A DNA stretch of 64,000 nucleotides from Asterias rubens (taxonomy: Eukaryota): the NCBI RefSeq assembly GCF_902459465.1, contig NC_047068.1:5952001-6016000 (forward strand), read 5' to 3'. Both the position numbers and the translations under genes were made by a program. Positions 24,445 to 35,739 of this stretch are shown here, in pieces. Every line of letters begins with the position of its first letter. Position 1 is the stretch's first letter. The notes beneath the pieces are model-generated. The model had not been told where the DNA came from. It made no database searches and saw nothing but the letters and a program-made list of their open reading frames with translations.

Positions 24445-26248
24445 TTATTCCTTATAACCAGTGATAACGCACGGCGCCGGGTCATCTTTGTTCTTTTTCT
24501 TGAGTTTAAACTCACAAGCTTCAGTGAAGCTGTAGTCCTTTTCACATTTGCTCTCGTCAAAAATGGGATCTCTTGGAGTTCTGAAACGAGATTTAAAACA
24601 TTTATGAAATATTTCTTAGTATTACAAAATAATTGTTTCTGACACTCTGTCTTCAGTTTATTTGTGAAGTTAATTTAACTAATCTTATTTATCTCATATC
24701 TTGCAGAGTCTGTGGTGAAACAAGAACTACACTCAAGAGGCGTTTCTACGGCCACAGATCTACAGTCAAGACCCAAAAGCTAGATACACCTGTAGGTCAT
24801 CACTTCAATCTTCCTAATCACTCCATTTCTGACATGATCTTACAGGGCATAGAGGCACTAGGCAACCACAGAGAGACTGTGCGTTTGAGTAGGGAGAAAC
24901 TCTGGATTAGACGCCTCCAGACCATTCAACCCCATGGTCTGAACATCCAAGAAGGAAACGACTAATAAACCTTTTGTTTTGCCGTCTCCTTTTTCCCCAT
25001 AGCCTTTTAGCCTGAGCCTCATTCACTAATAAATTACTGTTTACCCAACCTCACCACCCTTGATGTTGTCCTTTGTGTTTCCATCTTCTTGCTTGTGGTC
25101 AAGCCAGCCCTTCCCTTCACCCCCCCCCTTTTGTCCCCCTATTCATTGTTTACCCCCTGCTGTTTTTTATGTATGCTGTCTAACCCCATTCATGTATTTC
25201 CACTTCACTGCTTTTGTTTCAATTAGTTACCTGTTCATGTTTGTTGTGTTGTCATTTAGCCTTCGAGAAAGACTCTGCTAGGTTCGAAACGTCAGGCCAT
25301 TAACTTTTTTTTTTGCATTTATACTCTCGGTCCATTTGGTTGGTAAGTTGTTTGCAACAGCTAATTCTATTTTCTCAAGTTAATTTAAGCATGGAGGAAT
25401 AAATGTTTACACTATAACTGTAATGGTGAGATGTGATGCACCTTTGGGGCCAACATACGTTTTCGTTACAGGTTAATGCGGCTGATGTGGTAACCTTCAC
25501 ACGTTTATGTTAACTTGCTTACGGAGAGTAAAGAAGTCTCTTGACAAACCCAAACAATCTGTTTCGTGGTAGTAGAAGAATTCTACCTGTCAAGTTTTTA
25601 TATACCGCAAACCAACATATTTTGATACCTCACAATGCAATGCCCCAAACCCCATACAAGTAAGCTCTTATATTAACACATCATAAAGGCCTATTGTGTT
25701 GATAACAATCCATGTTGAATTTCAAATCAATTTGGAGACACTCACTCCGTACAGCAGTCCAATAAACAGGTAGTAGGCCCGTTAACAGTGCATGTACAGT
25801 TGTTGCATTTGGTAATCGGCTGGGCGTTGAGGGAGCCCCCAGTCACTTTGCCTGATTCGTCACGCTGAACAGACTCTGTGTCCACTGTATAGGGGGAAGT
25901 GATCAATAAGGAAAGCGAATTAAATGAAATTTAAAGAAATCGAATCTAATCAAATCAAAACGAATCAAACCAAATCAAGTTCAAATCAAATCAATTTAAA
26001 TCGAATAAAATCGAATCGTATCGAATCAAAACGAATCAAACCAAATTTCAAATCAGGTCAAGTAGAATACAACCGAATGGAATAAATTTGAATCGAATCT
26101 AATCAAATCGAAACGAATAGAACCAAATCCGATCAAATAAAATGGTTTCGAGGTTCGAGTACAAACCTTGCATCGAGTTGAAGCAATGCCTCTTAGCTTC
26201 TAACACTGCGAGCAGAGAGAACATGATAAGAAGGGAAAGTTTTCCCAT
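24445..26248 (-). CDS. MSMB-like secreted protein, paralog B, 118 aa; exons 26248-26167, 25884-25746, 24580-24445
   Basis: MGKLSLLIMFSLLAVLEAKRHCFNSMQVDTESVQRDESGKVTGGSLNAQPITKCNNCTCTVNGPTTCLLDCCTETPRDPIFDESKCEKDYSFTEACEFKLKKKNKDDPAPCVITGYKE. Same intron positions and phases (1,2) as paralog A; 10 Cys; GT-AG sites. Confidence 0.85.
24660..25390 (+). mobile_element. Penelope-like retroelement 3' fragment (GIY-YIG endonuclease remnant + terminal region), in intron 2 of MSMB-like B
   Basis: NLIYLISCRVC-GETRTTLKRRFYGHRSTV...PVGHHFNLPNHSISDM...REKLWIRRLQTIQPHGLN is a typical PLE GIY-YIG C-terminus with an internal deletion (QYV missing). Followed by a pyrimidine-rich UTR and a hammerhead-like motif. 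Confidence 0.88.
25920..26140. repeat. Degenerate (AATCG/AAATC)n pentanucleotide array, intron 1 of MSMB-like B
   Basis: Direct reading. Confidence 0.85.
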
Positions 26249-26879
26249 TTTGATCTGTAATGGGGGAAAAAAAGTCATGTCAATTGAAAGGTATTATATA
26301 TGATTGGTAGAACTGACAAAATCTCAGACAGTATTCATGTTTATGCCTCAAATCCAATAGTGTTCATGTTACGTTAGGGGACTAAAGCGTGATTAACTAT
26401 TTGCAATTGAAACCAACGGTTCTTTTCAGAACCGCCCCAACTCATGTTAAAAATTACCATTACATGGTGTTACCGCAAGCCTTTCTATTAATATTTTCAT
26501 CATGCAAAGTTTCAAATTCTGATGATTATTGAGAAATCAAATGTCTCTATAAGGGCTTATATTCGTCATCTGAGTCTGGAGAAACGTATTCAGCATGAGC
26601 ACAATGTTCTGCAGTTGTAACAAACGAAATCAGCTATTGCCTTGTTCTAAATCTGAGGTCTCGAAATCAACTTTCGTGGAAAATGACTTTTTTTCTCGAA
26701 AACTATGTTACTTCAGAGGGAGCCGTTTCTCACAATGTTTTATACGTTCAACAGCTCACCATACTTGTAACCAAGTAAGTGTCCACTGCCTTTAAGTCTA
26801 TCCGCCCAAACGCACCAGGCCTATACTCACTTCACTAAAACCAGTTAAAGGCACTGAACGAAGAGCTACATAAGTTTAA

Positions 26880-27211
26880 AGGCAGTGGACACTATTGGTA
26901 ACTACTCAAAATAATTGTTAGCATAAAAACTTACTTGGAAATGAGGCATGGAGAGCTGATAGTACATGTATATATAACATTGTGAGAAACGGCTCCCTAC
27001 GAACTTACGTTGTTTTCGAGAAAGGAGTAATTTGAATTCGAGACCTCAGTTGAGGTATCGAATTCAAGGCATCTGATGTTTTTCTTCCATTGTTATCTCG
27101 CAACTTCGACGACCAATTGAGTAAAAATTTTCACAGATTTGTTATATGTCGGGATACATCAAGTGATAATACTGTTTGTTTTTGTACAATTACCAAAGGT
27201 GTCCAGTGCCT
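26880..27211. mobile_element. Family A MITE (half copy in opposite orientation at 26610-26791)
   Basis: TTAA|AGGCAGTGGACAC...GTGTCCAGTGCCT|TTAA. Confidence 0.8.
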
Positions 27212-27755
27212 TTAAACACACATTGAACATTCCTTTGCTGTGTACACTTATAAGGAGAATCTCATTCTAAAGTAAATACATCTGTATGTCCATCTTGGTC
27301 CATATAGTGCTTCAAGCACGTATCATCCTTATCACTAGTTTCACAGCATCTATACCAAAAAACATTTACACGAAAAGAGTGTTTGACACCCTTAAAATGC
27401 GCCCACACACCCAGATTAACAGGTCTGTTGCTACCGCTCTCTGCAGCCTGTTAAGAGCACGGAGTGAAGTCTCCACGTTTCAACCACTGTGCTCTGCCTG
27501 TCTTCATCAAAGCACACAGCTTAAAGTAGTGGTATTCAACTCACCATTTAAAAAACAACCTCTTTGTCCAAAGAACAGTAAATAGTTTTCTCAGATTTCA
27601 AGCAGTTTCATTTAGCCTATTCCGCCATAAACCATTACACTGTTGTATTGTTTAGAAATCGTTCCAGACCAAAACAAATTGTGTCAATCATTCAGTTGAC
27701 ACACACAAGTTAGTTTATATTTAAAAAAAATGATAACAAAATATCTAAATTTCAC

Positions 27756-27845
27756 TTACCAATTTTACAAAAATGCTGACGACTGCTGAATAACTGGTGC
27801 GGACTATTTCTGTTCGTGAATGGTCAAGTGATGCTATTTATGAAC
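27756..27845 (-). promoter_or_regulatory. Candidate TATA-like element and non-coding first exon of MSMB-like paralog B
   Basis: CATAAATA about 30 nt upstream of CCATTC and a TTG|GTAAGT donor. Paralog B's coding exon starts just after an acceptor. Confidence 0.35.
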
Positions 27846-28339
27846 AATAAAGATCTGATGGTGCTAATTATAGCTAACAATCAACCGATATGCAAATTGG
27901 TTATTAGAACGTGAATCACGTGACTCAATAAGTGTCAGTTCAATACGACTATTGTATCAATTTGCTTTTGATGTCATTCTTATCTAAGCACAGAAAATCT
28001 ACACTCACTAGAAAAAGGTTACCAGCCAATGCCGTCTGGTTTGTATTATTGGTGCAGCTGGGTTCTAAAGTGTGTCGGATAAACCATGGTGGTTAACACG
28101 TGACAGGACAGCATTAACCTTTTTGATATTTTTATGGTTGACACTGTTGAGTTGTCTGACCGGACGAGTTATCTGACCCGTCGAGTTTTCAAAGGACGAG
28201 TTGACTGAACTCCCTTGAGACGGTGGTTGGACCATGGAGGTAGACCTCCATGACCTCCAGTAGGATCGTGGGGTAGAAAGGCGAAGAGAGCGTTCTGTAA
28301 TGCGTTCTGCACCAAGAGATAAGATGAATAGGAGAGTCT

Positions 28340-28620
28340 TCTATGATGCTAATAAGTGATCTTTATTTATGCTGCCCGCGTCTTTAGGCTATTCATCAAT
28401 AAAACAAGGAGTTATAAGAGGGAGTTATTTCAAATATTTGATATCACCACTAGAAATCACAACCAACTTACCCTTAGAATCCCTTACTCTAGAACCAACG
28501 CCTTTCATAAGTCATACTTCCCCCAATACTGCAAAAGGTGGAATTCACTCCCCTACTTAAAACCAGCATCACTAGCCCCACTAAGTTTCGGCGTACACTC
28601 ATAGGTACGCATAAATCGAC
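28340..28620 (+). mobile_element. Decayed non-LTR retrotransposon ORF2 C-terminal remnant
   Basis: TRNHNQLTLRIPYSRTNAFHKSYFPQYCKRWNSLP resembles the LINE C-terminal motif (RTxxFxxSFFP...WNSLP). Confidence 0.65.
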
Positions 28621-30829
28621 GAGGAGTTCCTCCCTCCTGACCTAAACCTCATTGAGTGTTATTTCCAAAAGGAGCCGATCAATCAACTTATCAAGATCAA
28701 GATCAAGTAGGCAGTCTTTCGTGATCTTTTGTCATATGGAAATATGAAAACGAAAAATAACGATTACGAACGAGGGGCCCTTCCTCGTATACACATTAAA
28801 GTGTTTATTTGTTTCAAAACTTATATTGTTTAAAAATTGTCTTTCTTACGAAAATAGCTCCTGATGGCTTGCGCTTGTATCCGAATAAGTGAGTGCTGTT
28901 TGGGGAGAATTCATTATTTGTGTCAACAGAGGGCACTCGTTGGATTTTAGTGCAAGAGCTGGTGTCCCAGGAAATTCTGTTCCACATGTTCGGACCATAC
29001 GGTCCCCATATTATGGAAAATTAACATGGGCTGGAAGAGGATGCTTCAAAAGAGGGCGCCATCAGAAGAAGTTTGTTCATAGTTTGCCATATGGGGACAA
29101 AATATCCGGGTACAAAACCTCCTGGGACAAAATCTCATATCACACCGGTGGTGGGTGCTTACCAGAATGCAACAGAGTTTCTCAAATTTGGTCAACCCAT
29201 CGTTAATATTTTGCGTCAACATCAGTAAAACTTCACTGCAATTTAAAAAAGGTTTGCCATGCACAACCTGATGTAATTAAATCTAGAAAACCATGACAGG
29301 TTTAAAGATAGTTTTCGATGCTTTAAAAAAACAAATCCAGAGCTATAAACTTTCTTAAAAGGACACCCAAACCGCAAATTCTCACAATGCTTTTTACTAT
29401 CAACAGCTCTCCATTACTCGTTACCAAGTAAGTTTTTATACAATTTTTTGAGTAGTAATACTAATAGTGTCTAGTGCCTTTAACGTGTACGTACACAATA
29501 AGTCACGTGTACGTACACGATAAGGGACGTGTACGTACATGACAAGAGAGAGTTTTTTTTTATCCCCATGGTGGCAATACGCTTCAAAAAGTCACCCCGA
29601 AAATTGAAGCACAGAAGAAGAGGCTTGCAGAGACGCCCCTATAATCTATCTATGGGACACGGAGCTGTCTGAAAAACTTCAAACCATCTGAATTAAATAA
29701 TTATTCATTGCTGTTTGTCAAACTATTGATTCTCGATGTGTAAGCATTGTTGATATCATGACATTGGAATGGCTTAGTGGTGCTATTATTTTAAGCCTGT
29801 TGATAAATCCTAATATCAGGTGAGGGCTGTTGACAAACACAAAATATAGATTTTATAATTAAAAAAATCCTCAAACAACACAACTGTGTGTCTGCATGCA
29901 TTTATCAGACAGATCAATGGCAGATGGTTTAGAGGACATATTAAAATTTGCCATAGAGAAACAAAATAATTTATTGACCATAATAAAAGGGATTGTTAGT
30001 GTTGGTTTTATGCATCCGGCTTCAAAGCAATAACGTGATTGGATTTGCACTCACAAGGTTGTGGGTTCGTATCCGGCCAATCTATAACTGCTGATTTCAC
30101 CATTAGTACTCAAAACATCGTGTCTAATTACTGAATCACTATTTCTTGATTTTGTGCAATCACAGACGTTGGCCAATGTTTGTATGAGAGAGAGATTTGC
30201 TGTGCCAGCTTTGCGTTTACATCCCCTCCATGGAGTTGTGTCGAGTTCCTTTGTTGAAAAAACCCCACCCCGACAAACATCTAACCAGCACGAAAACGAG
30301 TCTGAGGTTGAGCTTAATTTTAAACAGCTACCTGAGCGGAATGGTTTCAACAGAAATGGTATTTTTACTTGTTTATAATGCACTTGTTCACCATTTTAAT
30401 GTAATTTTGATATGTGTACACTTCTGAACTTTTCGTAATTATCGATTAAAAAATCAGGCCCCTACCTAAAGGTTTTTTGAAAAACTAAAAACACTTCTGC
30501 CGTTGAGAGCGGGCGTCAAAGGACAATGCCGCTGACGTCATTTGTGAGAGTTTGCTTTGTTATACATCCACGCTGCAACAAAGCGGCTATATCTACTTAT
30601 GACGTTTTGAGAGTGATTACGTAACGGGGCTTTTCGCAAATCTCGCAAAAAAGCTCTGGACAAGGGCATACAAAATGATTGTTTTTTTTACACAATTGAA
30701 ACCTATTTATAATCATATGACTCGATTTCCTTATTCATCGAAAACATTTGAAGTGGAATTCAGCAAAGTTCACGACTTGACATTTTCGTTCAAGCAGGTC
30801 TTTAAGATTTACAAAAACATGTTAATGGG

Positions 30830-31192
30830 AGTGGACACTATTAGTAATTACTTAAAATAGTTATTATCATAAAACCTTTCTTGGTAACGAGCAATGGGGA
30901 GAGGTTGATAGTATTAAACATTGTGAGAAACGGCTCCCTCTGAAGTGACGTACTTTTCGAGGAAGAAGTAATTTTGCACGAATTAGATTTCGAGACCTCA
31001 GATTTAGAACTTGAGGTCTCGAAATCAAGCATCTTAAAGCACACCACTTCGTGTGAGAAGTGTGTGTTTTTTCCGCATTATTATCTCGCAACTTCGACGA
31101 CCGATTGAGCTCAAATTTTCACAGGTTTGTTATTTTATATACACCAACTGTGAAGGTTAGTCTTTGACAATTACCAAAAGTGTTCTCTGTCT
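30830..31192. mobile_element. Family A MITE
   Basis: Internal blocks and TIRs; shares its right TTAA with the adjacent family B element. Confidence 0.8.
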
Positions 31193-31196
31193 TTAA

Positions 31197-31579
31197 AGGA
31201 ACACGTTGCCTTGGATCGGTCGAGTTGGTCTTTGAAAAGCGTGTTGTGACCGTTTGTTATAAAATGCATATGGTTAGAAAGATGATTTAAAAGTAGTATA
31301 CAATGATCTACACAAATATGCCTCGAAATTGCGTGGTTTTCTTTTTACCTCGTCCAAGAACACGGTCGGCCACTTATGGGAGTCAAAATTTTGACTCCCA
31401 TAAATGGCCGACCGTGATAGTTCGCGACGTAAAAAGAAAACCGTGCAATTTTGAGTGATACTTGTGTGGATCATTATATTATACTTTTAAAACATCTTTC
31501 TAACCGTATACATTTCATAACAAACGGTTTCAAACGCTTTTTATAGATCAACTCGTCCGATCCAAGGCAACGTGTTCCT
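31197..31579. mobile_element. Kolobok-like TTAA MITE, family B (foldback, 383 bp)
   Basis: TTAA|AGGAACACGTTGCCTTGGATCGG...CCGATCCAAGGCAACGTGTTCCT|TTAA; near-palindromic throughout, with a central ~28-bp-stem hairpin (~31341-31396). Fragments at ~21720 and 47424. Confidence 0.85.
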
Positions 31580-33563
31580 TTAAGCTAAAATTCGTGTTCG
31601 ACAATAGTCGTCACAGACTAAAAATTTGTCACCAAAAGTGACCTGAGGTTTCGACCCAAGCACAGTCTTTTTCAAAGACTCTGTTGCATACGTTACATTT
31701 AAAATAATACATGACAAACAGGCCTACAGTGGATAAACAGATGTTGAAAAATTGATTCACCTCAAAAAACTTTTCAATCCGTTTTACATTGAATTCACGG
31801 CCTTGATATCGTCGCTTTCAAATAATCGCTAAATATTTTTGGGAGAACTAATAAATCGAAATACACGACACTACGGTGCATTATGATGTAGGCATAACAT
31901 AATAGTAACGTTATTATATATCTGGTAAAGCACAAATTAATTACTAATGACCTTTATCATGACGCAGCCATCTTGAATTTATCTCGTTGATATCAATGTT
32001 ACCAAACTGAGGCTGGAGAACAATGATAGTCTGGTTCCCTTTTGTAAAATGATTACCAGCATTCATTGTTGTTAATCGATACGAGGAACGTGACCAAGAT
32101 GCAGCACGATGTTAAAAGGTCTATAGCAGTATGACATCAGACATGAAGACACCTGGGTAGGTAAACACATTCAAACCGGGGACCTATAACAATAGAGGAC
32201 ATTATGTCCACACAGTTCGGGAAGGGTCCACGGTTTGAAAACGTGTACAAAACCAAAGGGAGATGCTGCAAAAAGTTAAGGTATAAACAAAAGAGGGACA
32301 ATTTATGGGAGGTCCATGGTGGCTGGCGTATACACACTTGTGTGCGTTGAGAAATGGATGAAGATATCTTGGTTTTGAGGGAAATTTTAATTTCGAAAAA
32401 CAATTGACATGCTTAGCGTCATTACGTGTGTCGATTTATTCATATCTAACCTCATAGAGATCCATACGGATGTACAGTTATCAACCAACTTTAACAATAT
32501 CAATTTCTTAATATATTTTTCAATGCCCTTTTAAGATAATGTTACATACTGTTACGTTAGTTGATTTATAAGTGTTTAAAGTTCTAAAGTTTCCGAAAGA
32601 AGTCGTCGTTTGAAGAAATTTCACGTATCAGGATGCCACAATCAAACCCGTCATAATTATATAATACACGGTGACGAAAGTAGGAACATTTTTCTTCAAA
32701 TCTGCTCTTTTAGCATCTTAGTTTTATTTTATTTTTATGGAGCGATTACTCAAATTTTGAGTTGTTCACCTAAAACTATTTTTAATAAACTTTTGTCGAG
32801 ATGCTTCAGAAATTATTCAATAACCAAAAGCAAGTCAATAGGAGATGTCTTTTGGTACGCCTGGTCCCAAAATTGGTCACCAAATTTAAAACTTATTGAT
32901 CTTGATTATGTGCGCATGTTCAGAACTACGTAAGCAATGGAACTTTAACTAGCAAGTCTGCTGTCACCTAGCGTTTTAAATTCTCCAATTGGAGTTTATC
33001 ATGGCGCGGCCATATCTTGCTTTTCTTCCCTTCAAAGCAACGCAACACAAATAAGGTAGTACGGGAATGTTATAGGCTGGCTCTTTTGTTAAATTAAGTG
33101 TCAAAACTCTCAATACCAAGGTAGTTACAGGGAATCAGACAAAGATGGTGCTAAAGATATTTTTCTACGACTCATACACGATACCAAATTTTTATAGTTA
33201 CTTTCAAAAGGTGTAAGATCCAACAAGAAGCAATATTTCAGTCTTGACACCAGAATGAATAACCAAACCAAATCATCATCCGGCTCGTCACCAAATTGTT
33301 AATAATCTGTTATTGTTTTTATTATTTATATTGTTATTTGTTTATTTCTGGTGTGAATCAAAAGATCAGTTAATAATAATCCAACGGGAAGAATAATAAA
33401 ATAAATGAAAATAAATAAATAAAATAAAATGTTCTGAAAGTGTTCAGTCAGTTATAATGTGTTGTGTCATATTATTTTAAACTAACGTAAAGCTAATCAC
33501 CCCTTTGACTATAATTATTTCCTTTTTCTTAAACAGATTTTCATTCGCACTTCTCCATTCTCA

Positions 33564-35739
33564 TCAAAATCCACCGTCGTCCTGTGCAGGGGGAGGGCAC
33601 TCAACTGCTGGGTCTTGTTTTGTAACAGTCTTCCAATTACAAACTCCTGTTGAGTCCCTTTTCACAATGTTTATGCATTCAGCAGCAATACTAATTGGGG
33701 CTGTATTCTCTGCCCTGCAAAAAAATGAAGAAAATATAATTCATTTTTAAAGGCCGATAGAATTCATTTTTAGGCCGTTAAAAGGCACTGAAAACAATTG
33801 GTAAATACTCAAATCAATTGTTAGCACGAAAACGTACTTTGTAACGAGCATTGGAGAGTTTTTGGTAGTAAAAACATTGCGAGAAACGGCTTCCTTTGAA
33901 GTAACGTAGTTTTGGAGAAAGATGTAATTTCTCACTTAAATATTTGATTCCATTATTTTCTCAACTTCGTCGACCAATTGGGTCAGCCAGTCAGCCAGCC
34001 TGCGACTCAGCCAGTAAGCAAGTAAGCCCAACCAGCCAGTCAGCCAACCAGCCAGTCAGCTAGCCTGCGAGTCAGCCAGTCAGCCAGCCTGCGTGTCAGC
34101 CAGTAAGCAGGTTAGCCAACCAGCCAGTCAGTCAGTTAGCCAGTTAGTCAGTTAGCCTGTCAGCCAGTCAGCCAATCAGCCAGCCTGCGACTCAGCCGGT
34201 AAGCAAGTAAGCCAACCAGCCAGTCAGCTAGCCTGCGAGTCAGCCAACCAGCTAGCCTGCGAGTCAGCCAACCAGCCAATCAGCTAGCCTGCGAGTCAGC
34301 CAACCAGCCAGTCAGCTAGCCTGCGAGTCAGCCAACCAGCCAGTCAGCTAGCCTGCGAGTCAGCCAATCAACCAGTCAGCCAGCCTGCGAGTCAGCCAGT
34401 AAGCAGATCAGCCAAACAGCCACTCAATCAGTTAGCCAGTCAGCCAGTCAGTCAGCCAGTCAGTCAGCCAGTCAGCAAGTCAGCCAGTCAGCCAATCAGC
34501 CAGTCAGCCAGTTAGCCAACCAGCCAGCTAGCCAGCCTGCGAGTCAACCAGCCAGTTAGCCAACCAGTCAGCCATGCCTGCCAGCCAGCCAGCCAGCCTA
34601 CGAATCAACCATTTAAAAGAAAACACTAAATCAAGTTTAAACACTAAACGCTAAATCAAGCTTACTCTATGCAGCAAGCCACGAACGACGTAAGACCACC
34701 CTTGACCAGCCTACATGAACATGTGTAACAGTCGCAGTCAGAGTGGCCATCAAAATCAGCTGGATCACACGCCTCGGCATCTGTAAAGTATTTTTTGTTG
34801 AGGGGGGGGGGGGGCACAACAAAAACAAGTCACACAACGTTTCCCCCATTGTGGAATAACAAACCCATAATAAACTATAAACAAAAAACCAAGTTTCAAA
34901 TTAAATTTAAGTTTTTTATTTTATTTTAATTTAATTCGGAATCTGCTTAGCACAGATAATGGTTACCAGATTAATTTGTATGACACCGACGCGTGACTGA
35001 TACCCAGGTATTCTATAATATTAATGAAGGAAACACAGTGATACTTCTGGGGGCGGTCAGGTTAGGGTATAAGGTGATCTTTCCTTGCATACCACTTTTG
35101 GGACCCCAGTATGAATCCTGTCGTGTGGAATAATTATGCGGATTGGGTTTCAAATTCCCGCCTGATCGCCCGGGTTATATTCACTGGAATAACTCTCTGG
35201 GATTTTTCCTCCGACTTTTAAAATTGAAATTCCATTCTTCGTTTCCTTGACTTATAGTGATTTAAAGTTCCTTCTCTGAGAGTCATTGGTTTCATTAAAC
35301 CAGAATTCATAACATTGCTTAATGACATCTTTGAATAATGTAATTTGAGGCACTGCACGAACAAGGCATCTGGTCTGTGGTATCTACAGGTACAGAACTG
35401 TCTTTCTATATTCTACTATGCGGAGTAGTTTTATCGGATATTGTTCGGGAGACTTCTCCATTCTAAAAAAAAAAAAAACTATCCTGCTTGAGTGTATTTG
35501 TCTACTTGCCGGGTAGATTTTTTGTTCTCATGAGAACTTTATCACTACTGCGGAGTAGATTTTCGAATGTCGGGAGACTTCTTAGTTCTTACATCTATGA
35601 AAAAAGGAGGAAAACGAATCTGTTTAATTCATAACTGCCTACCTTGTATCTCGTGGCAGCTTCCATCACACGGATGCTCCAATTGGCCAGCTACAACCAG
35701 AACCAGAGAACATAATACGACCAGACAGAGCCTTGCCAT
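33564..35739 (-). CDS. MSMB-like secreted protein, paralog C, 120 aa; exons 35739-35643, 34780-34666, 33714-33564
   Basis: MARLCLVVLCSLVLVVAGQLEHPCDGSCHEIQDAEACDPADFDGHSDCDCYTCSCRLVKGGLTSFVACCIEAENTAPISIAAECINIVKRDSTGVCNWKTVTKQDPAVECPPPAQDDGGF. Same exon phases (1,2); CxxCxC and CC motifs; V.K.DP..C ending; start context cag-ttcc(g/t)-ATGGC shared with paralog A. Confidence 0.85.
33985..34610. repeat. (CAGC/CAGT)n compound array with higher-order CAGCTAGCCTGCGAGT units, intron 2 of MSMB-like C
   Basis: Direct reading. Confidence 0.9.
35050..35320 (+). mobile_element. SINE-like repeat (family also at ~1840-1930 reverse and 62835-63025)
   Basis: Shared GGATTGGGTTT...GGAATAA..CTCTGGG(G)ATTT.CCTCC.AC...AAAA(C/T)TGAAA block; the 62835 copy ends in an (AAATG)n tail. 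Confidence 0.6.

Noticed and set aside
30050-30830. Possible decayed THAP/Kolobok transposase start (MVNKCII...)
   Set aside because: Only scattered residues across frames; cannot be supported without a profile search.
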